Shown here: piece after piece, positions 19,803 through 30,424 of the stretch
Layout of the letters: each line of letters begins with the position of its first letter
How positions within the stretch are numbered: position 1 is the stretch's first letter
Source of the DNA: an uncultured Acidobacteriota bacterium
GTDB lineage: Bacteria > Acidobacteriota > UBA6911
Length of the DNA: 64,000 bases
NCBI GenBank assembly: GCA_963843575.1
Contig: CAWJKZ010000015.1
Span: forward strand, 1-64,000
Direction: 5' to 3'
Program-made: the position numbers and the translations under genes
Notes under the pieces: generated by a model
What the model was told of the DNA's origin: nothing
Databases searched by the model: none
Seen by the model: the letters and a program-made list of their open reading frames with translations, nothing else

Positions 19803-20033
19803 CTACTCTGGTTCTTTCTCGCAGATGATGCTGTCCGGATGAACGTTCACCAGTTTCTCGGATCCCTGCAGATTCACCTTGAGCCTGATCCGATGCTTGC
19901 AGACCCGGATGACCTCCGCGGGCACTCTCTGCACCCCGTAACCAAGCAGAAGAGAACGCTTTTTGGAGTAGAGCCAGGTTACGCGGTCTCCCGGTCTTAG
20001 CCGAGAGAAATGGATGTCAATCGATGCCGGCAT
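19803..20033 (-). CDS. Small phage hypothetical protein
   Basis: Overlaps the upstream gene in the replication module; LRPGDRV SH3/KOW-like start. Confidence 0.5.
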   Translation of the reverse strand: MPASIDIHFSRLRPGDRVTWLYSKKRSLLLGYGVQRVPAEVIRVCKHRIRLKVNLQGSEKLVNVHPDSIICEKEPE

Positions 20034-20319
20034 CGCCTCGCGCCTCCCATTCCGAACGCATCCTGTCGAGGTGTTCCGAATTTGCCGCCAGTTGCGCTTC
20101 ATGCGTGATTTCCGACGCGATCTCGTAAAGCTCGCCGGGCATCGGGAACTTCCGGGTGAGCCGCATGACGGCGCGGTCGGCAAGGTCCTCCCACTGCCCG
20201 GGAGTCAGCTTCCATCGGACAAGAATCCGCAGATATCTTGCGATTGCGGCCTTCTGCGGCACGTAGTCGTAACAGGCGGCCAGATCCATCAGCCATTTCG
20301 CGAGCTGCTTTTCGTTCAC
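20017..20319 (-). CDS. Phage protein, possible helicase loader/inhibitor-like
   Basis: GTGA-coupled to rep; KFPMPGEL motif. Confidence 0.5.
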   Translation of the reverse strand: MNEKQLAKWLMDLAACYDYVPQKAAIARYLRILVRWKLTPGQWEDLADRAVMRLTRKFPMPGELYEIASEITHEAQLAANSEHLDRMRSEWEARGDAGID

Positions 20320-21152
20320 GATTCCTCCTTCCCGGGTTCGCCGATGAACTCGTCCCACACGGAACCGTCAGGCAGATCGGGCTGAACGTCGTCCTCCCAT
20401 TGCCGGTTGTTGAGCCAGGTCGCAGGGTGAGGGATGAACTGACCGTTTTCTTTGCGCCAGGCGCGGCTCTGTTTCTGCCGTTCAATCGCTTCGAGCATGC
20501 GGTCGAGCAGAGCCCGATCCGGCTTGAGCTTCAGGAAAGCCGCCAGCCCCTTGGGTTTTTTGACCTTCAGCGGGTAGTGTTCCCAGAAAATCAGAAACAG
20601 GCTGTCTGCATCTAGCCCCCCGTCGGGGGGTAGGGGGGTATGTTCTGAAGAAGAAGATGAAAAAGAAGCAGAAGAAGAAGGGTTTGGTTTTTGTTTGGCC
20701 CCATCTTTGGAGTCACCTTTCACGCCACCTTTGAGATGACCTTTAAAGGTCGACGGCAAGTCGCGTGTTTCGTTGCTCTTGCCGAAATGTGTCCTGTAAG
20801 TCGGGTTTCCGCCACCCTTCTTTCCCGCATCGCTGCATGCCGCCCTTTTCCGTTCGTCCCGGATCATTCGTCTCGAGTAGATCATGCCGTGTTCAGTCCT
20901 GGAGAAAACGCCGGAGTCTTCGAGCTCCCGCAACAGCCGGGAAACCTGTTCGGCGGAACCGCCGGTCATTCGAGCGAGCTGTTCGTCGGATACGGGTTTG
21001 CCGGTTGCGTGTTGGAGGTAGCCCCTGCGGCCGCTCTCGAAGAGCAGACAGAGCATGTCTATCCAGAGGCCTCGCGCTTCAAGCGAGACGGAACGAAGTG
21101 CTGGATCTTTCATCCAGTCCCCGGGATAGAACTGAAAAGAGGGCAGCTTCAT
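20316..21152 (-). CDS. Phage replication initiator protein
   Basis: FQFYPGDW and ARGLWIDMLC N-terminus; FWEHYPLK and FIPHPATWLNNRQWED C-terminus. Confidence 0.85.
   Translation of the reverse strand: MKLPSFQFYPGDWMKDPALRSVSLEARGLWIDMLCLLFESGRRGYLQHATGKPVSDEQLARMTGGSAEQVSRLLRELEDSGVFSRTEHGMIYSRRMIRDERKRAACSDAGKKGGGNPTYRTHFGKSNETRDLPSTFKGHLKGGVKGDSKDGAKQKPNPSSSASFSSSSSEHTPLPPDGGLDADSLFLIFWEHYPLKVKKPKGLAAFLKLKPDRALLDRMLEAIERQKQSRAWRKENGQFIPHPATWLNNRQWEDDVQPDLPDGSVWDEFIGEPGKEES
20702..20749. repeat. Four 12-bp-period iteron-like repeats, putative phage origin
   Basis: CATCTTT, CACCTTT, CACCTTT and GACCTTT at 20702, 20714, 20726 and 20738, next to a purine/AT-rich tract within rep. Confidence 0.55.
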
Positions 21153-21171
21153 TATGTTCCTCAGAATGTCG

Positions 21172-22145
21172 TCAGTCGGATTTCTTGTACTGGTTCTCGA
21201 ATTGTGTGATGCATTTTCGGAACGTCAGCCTGAAGGTGCCCGTCATCCCGTTCCGTTGTTTCGCGATCGAAATCTCCGCCGTGCTGTCCCCGGCGCCGAT
21301 GTCGTCGTCCATGTTTTCGCGCGAGATGAAAAGGACGAGGTCGGCGTCCTGCTCGATCGCCTCGCTCTCCCTGAGGTCGGACAGCTGGGGCTTTCTGCCG
21401 CCGGAACGTTTCTCGACCTCCCGATTCAACTGGGAGACGGCGATCACGGGTATGTCCAATTCCTTGGCGAGGTTCTTGAACCCGCGGCTGATCTCCGTCA
21501 CCTCCTGCGTCCGGTTCTCGTAGCGGCGGGATCCGGATACAAGCTGAAGGTAGTCGATGACCAGAAGATCGATGCCGTGCTCGAGAGCGAGCCGCTGCGC
21601 CCGGGCCCGCACCTGAAGCATCGTGAGGTTCGCGGAGTCGTCGATGTAGATGGGAGCGGCGGAAAGGGAAGCGCTGGCCTGGCCGATTTTCATGCAGTCG
21701 TCCCGGCCGATGTATCCGCTCTGGATTTTGCTCGCATCCACTTCGGACAGGGACGAGATCATCCGCTTCATGATCTCGGGCGTTGACATTTCCAGGCTGA
21801 AGATGCCGACTGGCCGCCGGCCATTGATCGCCGCGTGACAGGCGATGTTGAGGCAGAAAGACGTTTTCCCGAGACCCGGCCTGGCGGCAACCACGACAAG
21901 GTTCTGATCGTGGAGGCCACCGGTCATCCGATTCAGGTCGGCGAAACCGGTATCTATCCCGGACACCGCTCCGCGGTTCCGGGCGGTTTCCTCTATTTCC
22001 CTATAAGCCGAGTGGGCGAGTTCGCTCGTGGGTTCGAAACCGCCACGGATTTCGCGGGACGCGATCCTGAAGATCTGCGACTCCGCCTGTTCGAGGATCC
22101 GGGCCGGCCGATCCTCTCCCGCGTAGCATGCGTGGAAAATTGTTC
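21172..22145 (-). pseudogene. dnaB: Replicative helicase DnaB, N-terminally truncated
   Basis: AARPGLGKT, IDYLQL, SQLNR and SDLRES.AIEQDAD motifs. The frame runs to about 22145 without a start codon or N-domain. Confidence 0.88.
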
Positions 22146-22223
22146 CTCGGATGCATGGAAAATGCGCGGAATTAATTTTCCGAATGCGGAAAGAAGATCT
22201 TGGTTCTGAAAAAAGGAGATGAA

Positions 22224-25200
22224 TCAGCGTTCGGAGATCTTTTTGAGAACTCGCCCCAGGGCCTCCAGATCGACGGGTTTCACGAGATGATCGTCGAATC
22301 CGGCTTCCCGCGACTTCTCTATATCTTCCTGCTGTCCGTATCCAGAAACTGCTACAAGTGCAGTATGCTTCAACTGCTGAGAAGAGCGAAACCGTCTTGC
22401 TACCTCAAACCCGTCCATTCCCGGCATTCCGATGTCCATCAACGCCATTTCGGGCAATTGAGCGAGAGCCAGGTCAATCGCTGCCGGACCGGAGTTGGCG
22501 GTCATTACTTCATGCCCCTGGATTTGCAGCAAAGCAGCGAGCAGTTCGGCGGAATCCGCGTTATCGTCGACGACCAGTATACGGAGGGGTCTCCGCTCCT
22601 TTATTGTCCCTGGTTTCTTTTCAGTCGCATGCTCTTTTTCATCGGATAGGAGCGGCAGCCGAATCCGGAATTCGCTCCCGCGGCCGGGACCTTCACTGCG
22701 TGCCTCGATGCTGCCGCTGTGCAGTTCTATGATGGACCGCACGAGGGTCAATCCAATACCCAGGCCCCCCTCTGCGCGGTCAGGGGATCGGCTCCCCTGG
22801 ACAAATAGTTCAAAAATATGCGGAAGCAATTCCGGCTCGATCCCCTTGCCGTTGTCTCGCACGGAAATCAACGCCTGGCTGCCATCTCGGTCCACAGTCA
22901 GATAGACTTCACCCCCAGGTGAAGTGTACTTCGCGGCGTTGTCCACCAGATTGCTGATTGCCTGCGCGAGCCGAACCGGATCACCCTGCAGGCGCATCGG
23001 TTCTCGGGGATGGGAAACGTACAGTCTGTGTTTCCGTGAGTTCACGGCCGGATTGCTCGCTTCTACAGCGCTCTCCAGCACCGAGAGGAGAGAGACATCC
23101 GTTTTGTTCAGCGTTACCTTTCCCTGCGTTACACGCGCGACGTCCAGCAGATCGTCCAACAGCCGCGCCATATGAGCCGTCTGGCGTGTTGCTGCGTCGC
23201 GCGCACGCCGGACCATCGGGTCCGAAGAGCCAATTTGTTGGAGCAACTGGTTCGCGCAAGCGATAGCGGCGAGCGGATTGCGTAATTCATGTGCCAGCAT
23301 TGCGAGAAACTCGTCCTTGCGGCGGTCGGCCACCTTTAATGCTTTCTGCGCTTGCGTCAATTCGGTGATATCCATGACCGCAACGACCGCCCCGTTCACT
23401 CTTCCATTTGCGTCGTGCAAAGGCATCGCATTGTTCAGAATCGTTCCTCGTGATCCATCGAAACGCTGGATATCGATGACCTCACCCACCGACATCTCAC
23501 CCTTCGTAAGCGCTCGAGATGATGCCCAATCTTCGCCTGTCAACGGCACGCCCGTGTCTGCCCACCATCCTTTGAAGCGACCGGTATCGGGAATGTCCGA
23601 TGTGAACTCAGGAGCGGGTTTAGAGCCGCCCCAGATCCGGTCCATGGTTTCGTTCGCAAGCACGGTATGTCCGGCTGTATCCATAACGGCTACGCCTACT
23701 GGAAGAGTCGAGATGATGGCCCGCAGTCGTTCTTCACTCGCGCGTAGCGCTTCCTCGATGTGCTTGCGGTCCGTGATATCCAACGTGGCGCCTACGTATC
23801 GGACCAGCTTGCCATTCTCATCGAAATGAGGATTCGCCCGGTCAAAAACGACGCGCACAGTCCCATCGGGGCGCACGATCCGGTGTTCGAGCTCATAGAT
23901 TCCGTTGCTTTGCATGGCCGAGGTGAAGGTCTCATGCAGCAGGGCAGCATCGTCCGGGTGAATAAATCTCTCGAGCATCACTTCGTAAGGTGGAGATGGG
24001 GCGTCTGGGGGGAGGCCGTAAATGCGGCACTCCTCGTCGGACCACAGTGTCGTCCGGCTCTCCATAATGTATTCAAAACTTCCAACATGCGCGATCCGCT
24101 GGCCCTCGGACAGCATGAACCGCATCTTCTCAAGTGCCTCTTCGGCTCGTTTGCGCTCCGTGATGTCGCGGACGACCGCCACTGAGCCGATGATTGCACC
24201 ATCGGGCCCACGGACCGGTGCTGCATTCACCTGTCGGTGCCGCAGTTCGCCAGTCGCTGGAGTCCGGACGATCTCTTCCTCGTTCGTGACAATTTCTCCC
24301 CGCAGAGCCCGCAATGGCGGGGCTTCCTCTACTGGTCGGGGGGTGCCGTCCCCCCTGTAGACCTCGAAAGCAGCCGCAATTTTCTCCACGTCTTCCGTGT
24401 CGCCCAGGCCGGAGTCGAACTGTCTCGAGACGGCAGGATTTACGAGAGTGAGCCTCTTCTCTGCGTCGGCAAACCAAATCTCGTCGGTGATGCTATTGAC
24501 TAGCGCTGCGAGGCGGTCGCGCTCCTGCTGCACGACGGTCGCCGTACGTCGTTGCTCCGCCTCAATCCGCGCCCGCTCTACAGCGTGCCACGTCCGGTCC
24601 ACGGTTTGTTCCGCGAGCCTTATTTCCTCCCCTGTCCAGTGCCGCGGCCGCCTCTGAAGAACTCCCAGGACACTCACCAGTTTCCCCTGTTTTACCAATG
24701 GGACGCCGATGAAGGCGGCGACATTAACGGCCCGGTACGCCTCGCGTTGACTCGGCTCCCTCTCGTCGGTGAATACGTTCGGGGAGCATACCGTTCGACC
24801 CGCTCTGTAATCCTCGTAATCGGTGTGGCTGAATTCTCTAAAAGGGAATCGGCCGGTAAGTGAAGATACTTCTGGCCGATGGTAGTCGCGCTCGATCACC
24901 AGGGTTTCAATGCCGTCCTCCAAGAGAATCTCACCAAAGAAAACGCGGTCTGTCTGCATGCGCTCACCCAGCAGACGGGCTGCGACGGCCTTGACCTGAA
25001 TCGGATCGTCGATTTGTGTTAACGCATCGTTCAATTGCAGCATGAAGGATCGTTCGGCTTCGCTTTGCTGCAGTTTCTGCTCGGCCTGCTTCCGTTCGGT
25101 GACATCGCGGACCGTTCCGCGAATGATGGCCTCATCCCGGACTATATCAACCGAGGCATTGGATTGGAGCCACACCACCGAACCGTTCGCATGGATGTAC

Positions 25201-26357
25201 CGATACTCGTCCTCATGGCCTACAACCTCTCCTTCCGAGCGGGCGCGTTCCAGCAAGCGGGCGGCATTCTCGGCAACTCGGTTCCGATCATCGGGATGTA
25301 CGGCTTGCAGCCAACGGTCCCACGTTATCGGCGAGCCTGTCTCGTACCCAAACAATTCGTAGTGCTCAGGGCTCCAGTAGGCCGTCTCCTTTGACGCATT
25401 CCACTCAAAAATTCCGATGCGGCCGGCCTGCGCAACGCGGCGGAATCTCGACTCGCTGGAGCGCAGATCCTGTTCTGATTGTTGGCGTGCGGTGATGTCG
25501 AGGACCTGGGAGAAGACGGAGCTCAACCGACCGCTGGCATCAAAAATCGCCGAGTTATACCACTCGCAGAGCACCACTGTGCCGTTCTTGCGATAGTTGC
25601 GGTTGACGTGCAGGTTGCGACGGCTTTTACCGTTGAGCATTTCCGTCGATGTCTGGCGCACCTCATCTATGTCGTCTTCGTGAACCCAGCGCAGGTCAGC
25701 TATCGCGCGGCCGATAACCTCGGCGGTAGACCAACCGAAAAGCCGTTCCGCCTCGCGTGACCAGCGGATCACGCGAAAATCCGGATCAAACTCGATTACT
25801 GCCAGCGGTGAATTGTCAATGTGCGCATCCAGCCGCTGTTTTTCAGTGGCGAGGGCCTCCTCGGCCTCTTTGCGTTTGGTGATGTCCTGCTGGATGCCTA
25901 TTATGCGCAGCGCATGACGGTTGTCGCATTCTCCTGAAACGATGGCCCGGCCTCTTGCACTCGTCCAACGAACCGAACCATCAGGCCAGAGGATGCGGTA
26001 TTCCGATTCATAATTGCCGTTCCCGTCCGGAGACATTGCTTCGGCGAATGTCCGAGTGACCCTTTCCCTGTCTTCAGGATGGATCCGCGCTATGGCCCCT
26101 GGGTAGTCGAGGTTTTCGTCCTCTGAGATCCCCCATATCTGTTTCGTTCGCGAATCCAAGACTACGTTGCCCGTCTGGACATCGTATTCGAACGTGCCGA
26201 ACTGCGCAGCTTCGAGCGTCAGTCGCAAACGTTCTTCCGTTTCGCGGAAGGCTCCTTGGAGTTCCAGCGCTTCCTCTTGTGTGGTGCTTCTCCGCAAGTC
26301 AGAGTCAGCCTGATGACTCTCCCGCTGAATCTTTGTCTGCTTACGCGGGCCACCCAT
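22224..26357 (-). CDS. Hybrid sensor histidine kinase (multi-PAS, GAF, HisKA, HATPase, REC)
   Basis: Repeated PAC DIT motifs, LAHELRNPL, GLGIGL and receiver VVDDN..MDIGMP..LVKP. Confidence 0.94.
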   Translation of the reverse strand: MGGPRKQTKIQRESHQADSDLRRSTTQEEALELQGAFRETEERLRLTLEAAQFGTFEYDVQTGNVVLDSRTKQIWGISEDENLDYPGAIARIHPEDRERVTRTFAEAMSPDGNGNYESEYRILWPDGSVRWTSARGRAIVSGECDNRHALRIIGIQQDITKRKEAEEALATEKQRLDAHIDNSPLAVIEFDPDFRVIRWSREAERLFGWSTAEVIGRAIADLRWVHEDDIDEVRQTSTEMLNGKSRRNLHVNRNYRKNGTVVLCEWYNSAIFDASGRLSSVFSQVLDITARQQSEQDLRSSESRFRRVAQAGRIGIFEWNASKETAYWSPEHYELFGYETGSPITWDRWLQAVHPDDRNRVAENAARLLERARSEGEVVGHEDEYRYIHANGSVVWLQSNASVDIVRDEAIIRGTVRDVTERKQAEQKLQQSEAERSFMLQLNDALTQIDDPIQVKAVAARLLGERMQTDRVFFGEILLEDGIETLVIERDYHRPEVSSLTGRFPFREFSHTDYEDYRAGRTVCSPNVFTDEREPSQREAYRAVNVAAFIGVPLVKQGKLVSVLGVLQRRPRHWTGEEIRLAEQTVDRTWHAVERARIEAEQRRTATVVQQERDRLAALVNSITDEIWFADAEKRLTLVNPAVSRQFDSGLGDTEDVEKIAAAFEVYRGDGTPRPVEEAPPLRALRGEIVTNEEEIVRTPATGELRHRQVNAAPVRGPDGAIIGSVAVVRDITERKRAEEALEKMRFMLSEGQRIAHVGSFEYIMESRTTLWSDEECRIYGLPPDAPSPPYEVMLERFIHPDDAALLHETFTSAMQSNGIYELEHRIVRPDGTVRVVFDRANPHFDENGKLVRYVGATLDITDRKHIEEALRASEERLRAIISTLPVGVAVMDTAGHTVLANETMDRIWGGSKPAPEFTSDIPDTGRFKGWWADTGVPLTGEDWASSRALTKGEMSVGEVIDIQRFDGSRGTILNNAMPLHDANGRVNGAVVAVMDITELTQAQKALKVADRRKDEFLAMLAHELRNPLAAIACANQLLQQIGSSDPMVRRARDAATRQTAHMARLLDDLLDVARVTQGKVTLNKTDVSLLSVLESAVEASNPAVNSRKHRLYVSHPREPMRLQGDPVRLAQAISNLVDNAAKYTSPGGEVYLTVDRDGSQALISVRDNGKGIEPELLPHIFELFVQGSRSPDRAEGGLGIGLTLVRSIIELHSGSIEARSEGPGRGSEFRIRLPLLSDEKEHATEKKPGTIKERRPLRILVVDDNADSAELLAALLQIQGHEVMTANSGPAAIDLALAQLPEMALMDIGMPGMDGFEVARRFRSSQQLKHTALVAVSGYGQQEDIEKSREAGFDDHLVKPVDLEALGRVLKKISER

Positions 26358-26627
26358 GATGCTTTCTCCTGACCAGGACGTTCGGCCTTACTTCAGCCCG
26401 GCGTTTTCTTCGTACCGTAATAGAGTTCATGATCCCCAGGGGGTAGGGCGACCCAATATACTCCGATGCCATTAATTGAACCAATTGATTTGGTTTGGGC
26501 AAGGCCGCTGAGCTAGCAACCCAGGTTGCCGTATAGTTGCCTTTTTGGGCCAAAAAGTACGGAATTGCCTTTCTGTAAGTCGTTGATTCTGCTGCAAGTT
26601 GCTGAGGGGAAAGGGGCGGGAAGGCGC

Positions 26628-26691
26628 TTCGTAATCAGTAGGTCGTCGGTTCAAGTCCGACCGCTGGCTCCATGAAAACAAAAGACTTACA
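26628..26691 (+). repeat. att copy 2: tRNA-Thr 3' half plus 19 bp
   Basis: Identical to 8341-8404. IHF consensus on the bottom strand at 26576-26588; TTTGCCGA repeats at 26732 and 26743. Confidence 0.95.
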
Positions 26692-26799
26692 TCTTTTCCT
26701 CTTTCCCTTCTTTCACCTAAAACCACCCACATTTGCCGAACATTTGCCGATGTGTCGTATCAGGAACTGGGGCCGAAATCCGGCGCATCCCAGAGGCCC

Positions 26800-26973
26800 A
26801 GTACAAACAAGTCCTCATTTTTCATGACTGGCCGTATTTGCTTCTTTGCTTCGCTGCACCGCCGGGCGCACGCTTGCGGCATCTGAAAAGCGGAATGCGG
26901 CGCCGTAACCCTCGTGCAGCGCTTAGGCGGCGAATGTCCACCTGCACAGTCTAATTCTCGACGGCGTCTACTA
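26800..26973 (+). pseudogene. IS91/ISCR-family rolling-circle transposase fragment
   Basis: Reads CGAVTLVQRLGG, a deletion, then NVHLHSLILDGVY (HUH motif). Confidence 0.72.
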
Positions 26974-27107
26974 TCTGGAAGATCGGCAGCAGATCATGAA
27001 TTCCGAGTAAGATCGATCCGGGACTGGGCAAAATTTGACAAATGCCTTGCTTTCCATCTCTGAACTTTTGACCTTAAATTGTGGTTCGACATTGCGAGGG
27101 GTAGTCC

Positions 27108-28187
27108 ATGGATAGGAAGAAGACGAGAATCGTATTTTGTGATCAGGATGCGTTTTATCCATTTCGTTCGCTCGTTGAGGGCCATATACGCAGTCCCGAA
27201 GAGCTCGTGGAGGCAGAGAGGTTCATCAGAGGCATTCTGCTTCATGACGAAGTTGTCATGGAATATCAACCGATCCCCGCTCCGTTGGAGGAACCCGAAT
27301 GGACGGAGGAGCAGATTGCCTTCGGAGCGCGCAACGTTATCACTGCTTTCGGTCCTACTCTTGATGGATATGAAGAACTCGTGTCAATGAGGAAGGGGCC
27401 ACATGAACGTTTAAAAGTTCAGTTGGCTCCGAGCTTGCTGAAGCTGGCAGAGGACTTTTCCGGCGCGGGACCAGGTGACCCCTATCACGAGGCCCATGTT
27501 TATTACATCGGCAGACTTGTAACGACAGTGAGAGATGGTGGGAGCGCGATCTGCGCAGGCGAAGTCGGAACAGCAGTGATCAAAACCTCTTCATCCTATC
27601 CCGAGCAGCTTTTTTCGGAACTCGATCGATCCTGGCAGGAGTATGCACAGGCGGCTCATGGGGGCGATATCGGTTTGAAACTCCCGCCAATGCTGGCCGT
27701 AATCTTGTCACGGACACAAAAACGGGAATATCTCCCAACCATTCTCAGAGACCTAAGGGACGAATGGGCCGCAGCGAGGGCAAAGGTCTGGGGCTTGATT
27801 GATGAGCTTTCGACTGCCGCCACTTTAGAGCAAGCAAACGACATAAAGAAGCAGCTCCAGGAGGCATCAAAGCTATTGTTGCCTGGATCTCTGACTGGCG
27901 TCGATCCGGTGCGGATTTTATGGGAGCTTGTGAGTGAATCCGGCGCGGGTGCAGTAGAGGCACAATTGTCAGGTGGGAATCCCTTAATCGGTGCCGCAGC
28001 TGGGATAGTGAAAGGCTTTGCCGAGGCAACGAAGGAATCGTCCGGTTTCGCCCGTGTCCTATTCGGCCGTGGCGCTTTCGACCTTGCAAAAAAGGTCAGT
28101 CATTTGCTTTCCCAGGTCGAGCCGATTCCTGGCCTGCTCAATCGTTTACTTTCAGAAGACGAAAAGGTTGCACTCGGGTTGAAATGA
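27108..28187 (+). CDS. Hypothetical protein (359 aa)
   Basis: Long, lower-GC ORF with GAGGGG RBS; family not recognised. Confidence 0.8.
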   Translation: MDRKKTRIVFCDQDAFYPFRSLVEGHIRSPEELVEAERFIRGILLHDEVVMEYQPIPAPLEEPEWTEEQIAFGARNVITAFGPTLDGYEELVSMRKGPHERLKVQLAPSLLKLAEDFSGAGPGDPYHEAHVYYIGRLVTTVRDGGSAICAGEVGTAVIKTSSSYPEQLFSELDRSWQEYAQAAHGGDIGLKLPPMLAVILSRTQKREYLPTILRDLRDEWAAARAKVWGLIDELSTAATLEQANDIKKQLQEASKLLLPGSLTGVDPVRILWELVSESGAGAVEAQLSGGNPLIGAAAGIVKGFAEATKESSGFARVLFGRGAFDLAKKVSHLLSQVEPIPGLLNRLLSEDEKVALGLK

Positions 28188-28229
28188 CAGGTGTGACCCG
28201 TGCTCAAGGGGAGAGTGGCTTTGGCTCGC

Positions 28230-28490
28230 CTATGCGAGGACGAAACGCCGGGAGTTCGGGGATGCTACCGCATCCCCCGCCGCTCCCATTCGGGAAGGGT
28301 CGAGAGTTTTGAAGGTAAAAGTCCGTGCCGGGACATCTACGAATATGTCCTTCATGTCCACGTAGACGCTGTCCAATTCGTACCCATAGTTCGCGGGGTT
28401 GGTCTCGTCCAGATGTTCATTCCAAAGGTCATGCGTCTCGTCAGAAGAGAGTTTGTCGGCGATACGCTCTCGAATCTCACTGATCTCCAT
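28230..28490 (-). pseudogene. Acidic hypothetical protein, probably truncated
   Basis: GGAGG RBS; protein-like for about 62 aa, then composition changes. Confidence 0.4.
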
Positions 28491-29361
28491 TACAACCTCC
28501 GTATTTGGGGCGCGGCGACTGCCCCTCCTTCTAGAAAAGATTCAGAGAAGAATAAACAAAAAATGTTGTTAGAGAGGACTGCCTCAAAAGGGCGAAAACG
28601 CAATAGAGGCCGCGCGATTCTTCGCTTCCGGCTGTTGATGACGAAAGTGATGTTCCGACCGGGGAAAGTGTGGGCGAAATTGCGGATCGCAAGCAGATCA
28701 ACTTTCCAAGAGTCAACAAGGCGTTCGCTGAGAGTGCTTTCTTTCATTGCCCTGGCCGCCAGGTCCGTGGGGGTATGAGTCCCCGCTTCGGTGCCTTCAC
28801 TGAATCCTTGCCGCTTTCCGTACTCGGATACGCACTCGCTATGTGATGCAGGTTGGCGGATATATCGGCCGTAAGAATTGCCATCGCGCCAGCAATGGCC
28901 GCTGCGGTATTGAACAGTAGGTCACCGAGAAACGACTGAATGTTCATGTGCTTGGATTATCAGACAAATACGCATTATGAAAGCCCGCCCCGCGGAATCG
29001 GGATGGGCACAGTAATGGCGGCTGTCTGGCGACAGGCGAGGGGCTCTGCCCCTGACCCCGGGATTTTCTGAGGCATGGCTCTGGTGTCCGATAGATTAGG
29101 TGAGGCATCTGATGAATGTCATATGTCAGAGGCCTGATGCACCATCGGCGCACCGTCGGCCTGACTATCCCTTGCCAGGTTGCGTCCCCGCAGAGCCTGA
29201 CTCGGTTTCGCCAGGCGGGTTCAGTCTAGCACACAGGAAATTGCAGGTTGAAGAATCGGCGCGAGCTGTCGGGGAGATCCATTATGAAAAGAAGACGCTC
29301 CAACAGCGGTAAGATTGGTATCGGTGAAAAAAACCATTCCAAACCGTCGAAGGAGCGTCTG

Positions 29362-30417
29362 ATGAAAAAGTATATCGGCATGGATGTCCACAAAGCAACA
29401 ACGGTGATAGCGGTCATCAGTGAATCGGGCAGGTGGATTATGGACACCGTTGTTGAAACGTCCCCACAGGAAATCCTCGATTTCATCAACGGGCAGCGCG
29501 GGACGCTGCATGTCACTCTGGAGGAGTGTGCACAGGCGGCCTGGCTTTACGACCTGCTCCGGCCGCACGTCGCGGACGTGTTGGTTTGCGATCCACGAAA
29601 GATCGCCAGGGCAAGCAACAACAAGGCAGACAAGTCCGACGCCATGCGGTTGGCGGAGTTGCTTCGCACCAATGCCCTGAGGCGGGTCTATCATGGCGAG
29701 CAGAGTACGCAGGGGTTGAAGGAACTGACGCAAGGTTACACCTGCCTGATCTCGGACCGGACCCGCGTCAAAAATCGCCTGAAGGCTCTGTTCCGAGCCC
29801 GGGGAATCGCCTGTGAAGGCGCCGGAGTCTACAGCCTGGAGGAACGGGAACAGTGGCTGGCGAAACTGGACACGGCAGCGGTCCGTGCCCGGGCGGAGCG
29901 ACTCTGCACTGAACTGGACTGCCTCGAGTGTCTGTCTATAGAGGCAGAGCAGGAAATGACGGCCGAGGCACGGAAACATCCGGCGGTAAGGATTCTTCGC
30001 ACCATACCCGGAATCGGATTTGTCCGGGCAGCCGTCATTATCGGCGTGGCTGGCACTCCCCACCGTTTTCGAACCAAGAGGCAGTTCTGGAGCTACTGCG
30101 GCCTGGCGGTACGCACCGAGGCGAGTTCGGAATACAGGATCGTCGATGGGAAAGTCCTTCGATCCGGCAGGCGGCCACTTGTTCGAGGGTTGAATCAGAA
30201 CTACAGCCGTCCGCTGAAGTCGGTATTCAAGAGTGCGGCCAGGACTGTCGCCTCGGGACCATGGCGGTCGTATTTCGAGGCCATGATCGGAAACGGAACA
30301 CCCGAATCCCTGGCATACCTGACTCTGGCCAGGAAAATCGCTTCCATTACCCTGGCACTCTGGAAAAGAGGAGAACGCTATAGCGAGAAGAAACTGAAAA
30401 TGTCGCACGCGGCATGA
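29362..30417 (+). CDS. IS110-family DEDD recombinase/transposase
   Basis: YIGMDVHK, LEE, KADKSDA, TIPGIG and YCGL..EASS motifs; AAGGAG RBS. Confidence 0.95.
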   Translation: MKKYIGMDVHKATTVIAVISESGRWIMDTVVETSPQEILDFINGQRGTLHVTLEECAQAAWLYDLLRPHVADVLVCDPRKIARASNNKADKSDAMRLAELLRTNALRRVYHGEQSTQGLKELTQGYTCLISDRTRVKNRLKALFRARGIACEGAGVYSLEEREQWLAKLDTAAVRARAERLCTELDCLECLSIEAEQEMTAEARKHPAVRILRTIPGIGFVRAAVIIGVAGTPHRFRTKRQFWSYCGLAVRTEASSEYRIVDGKVLRSGRRPLVRGLNQNYSRPLKSVFKSAARTVASGPWRSYFEAMIGNGTPESLAYLTLARKIASITLALWKRGERYSEKKLKMSHAA

Positions 30418-30424
30418 GGCGTCT

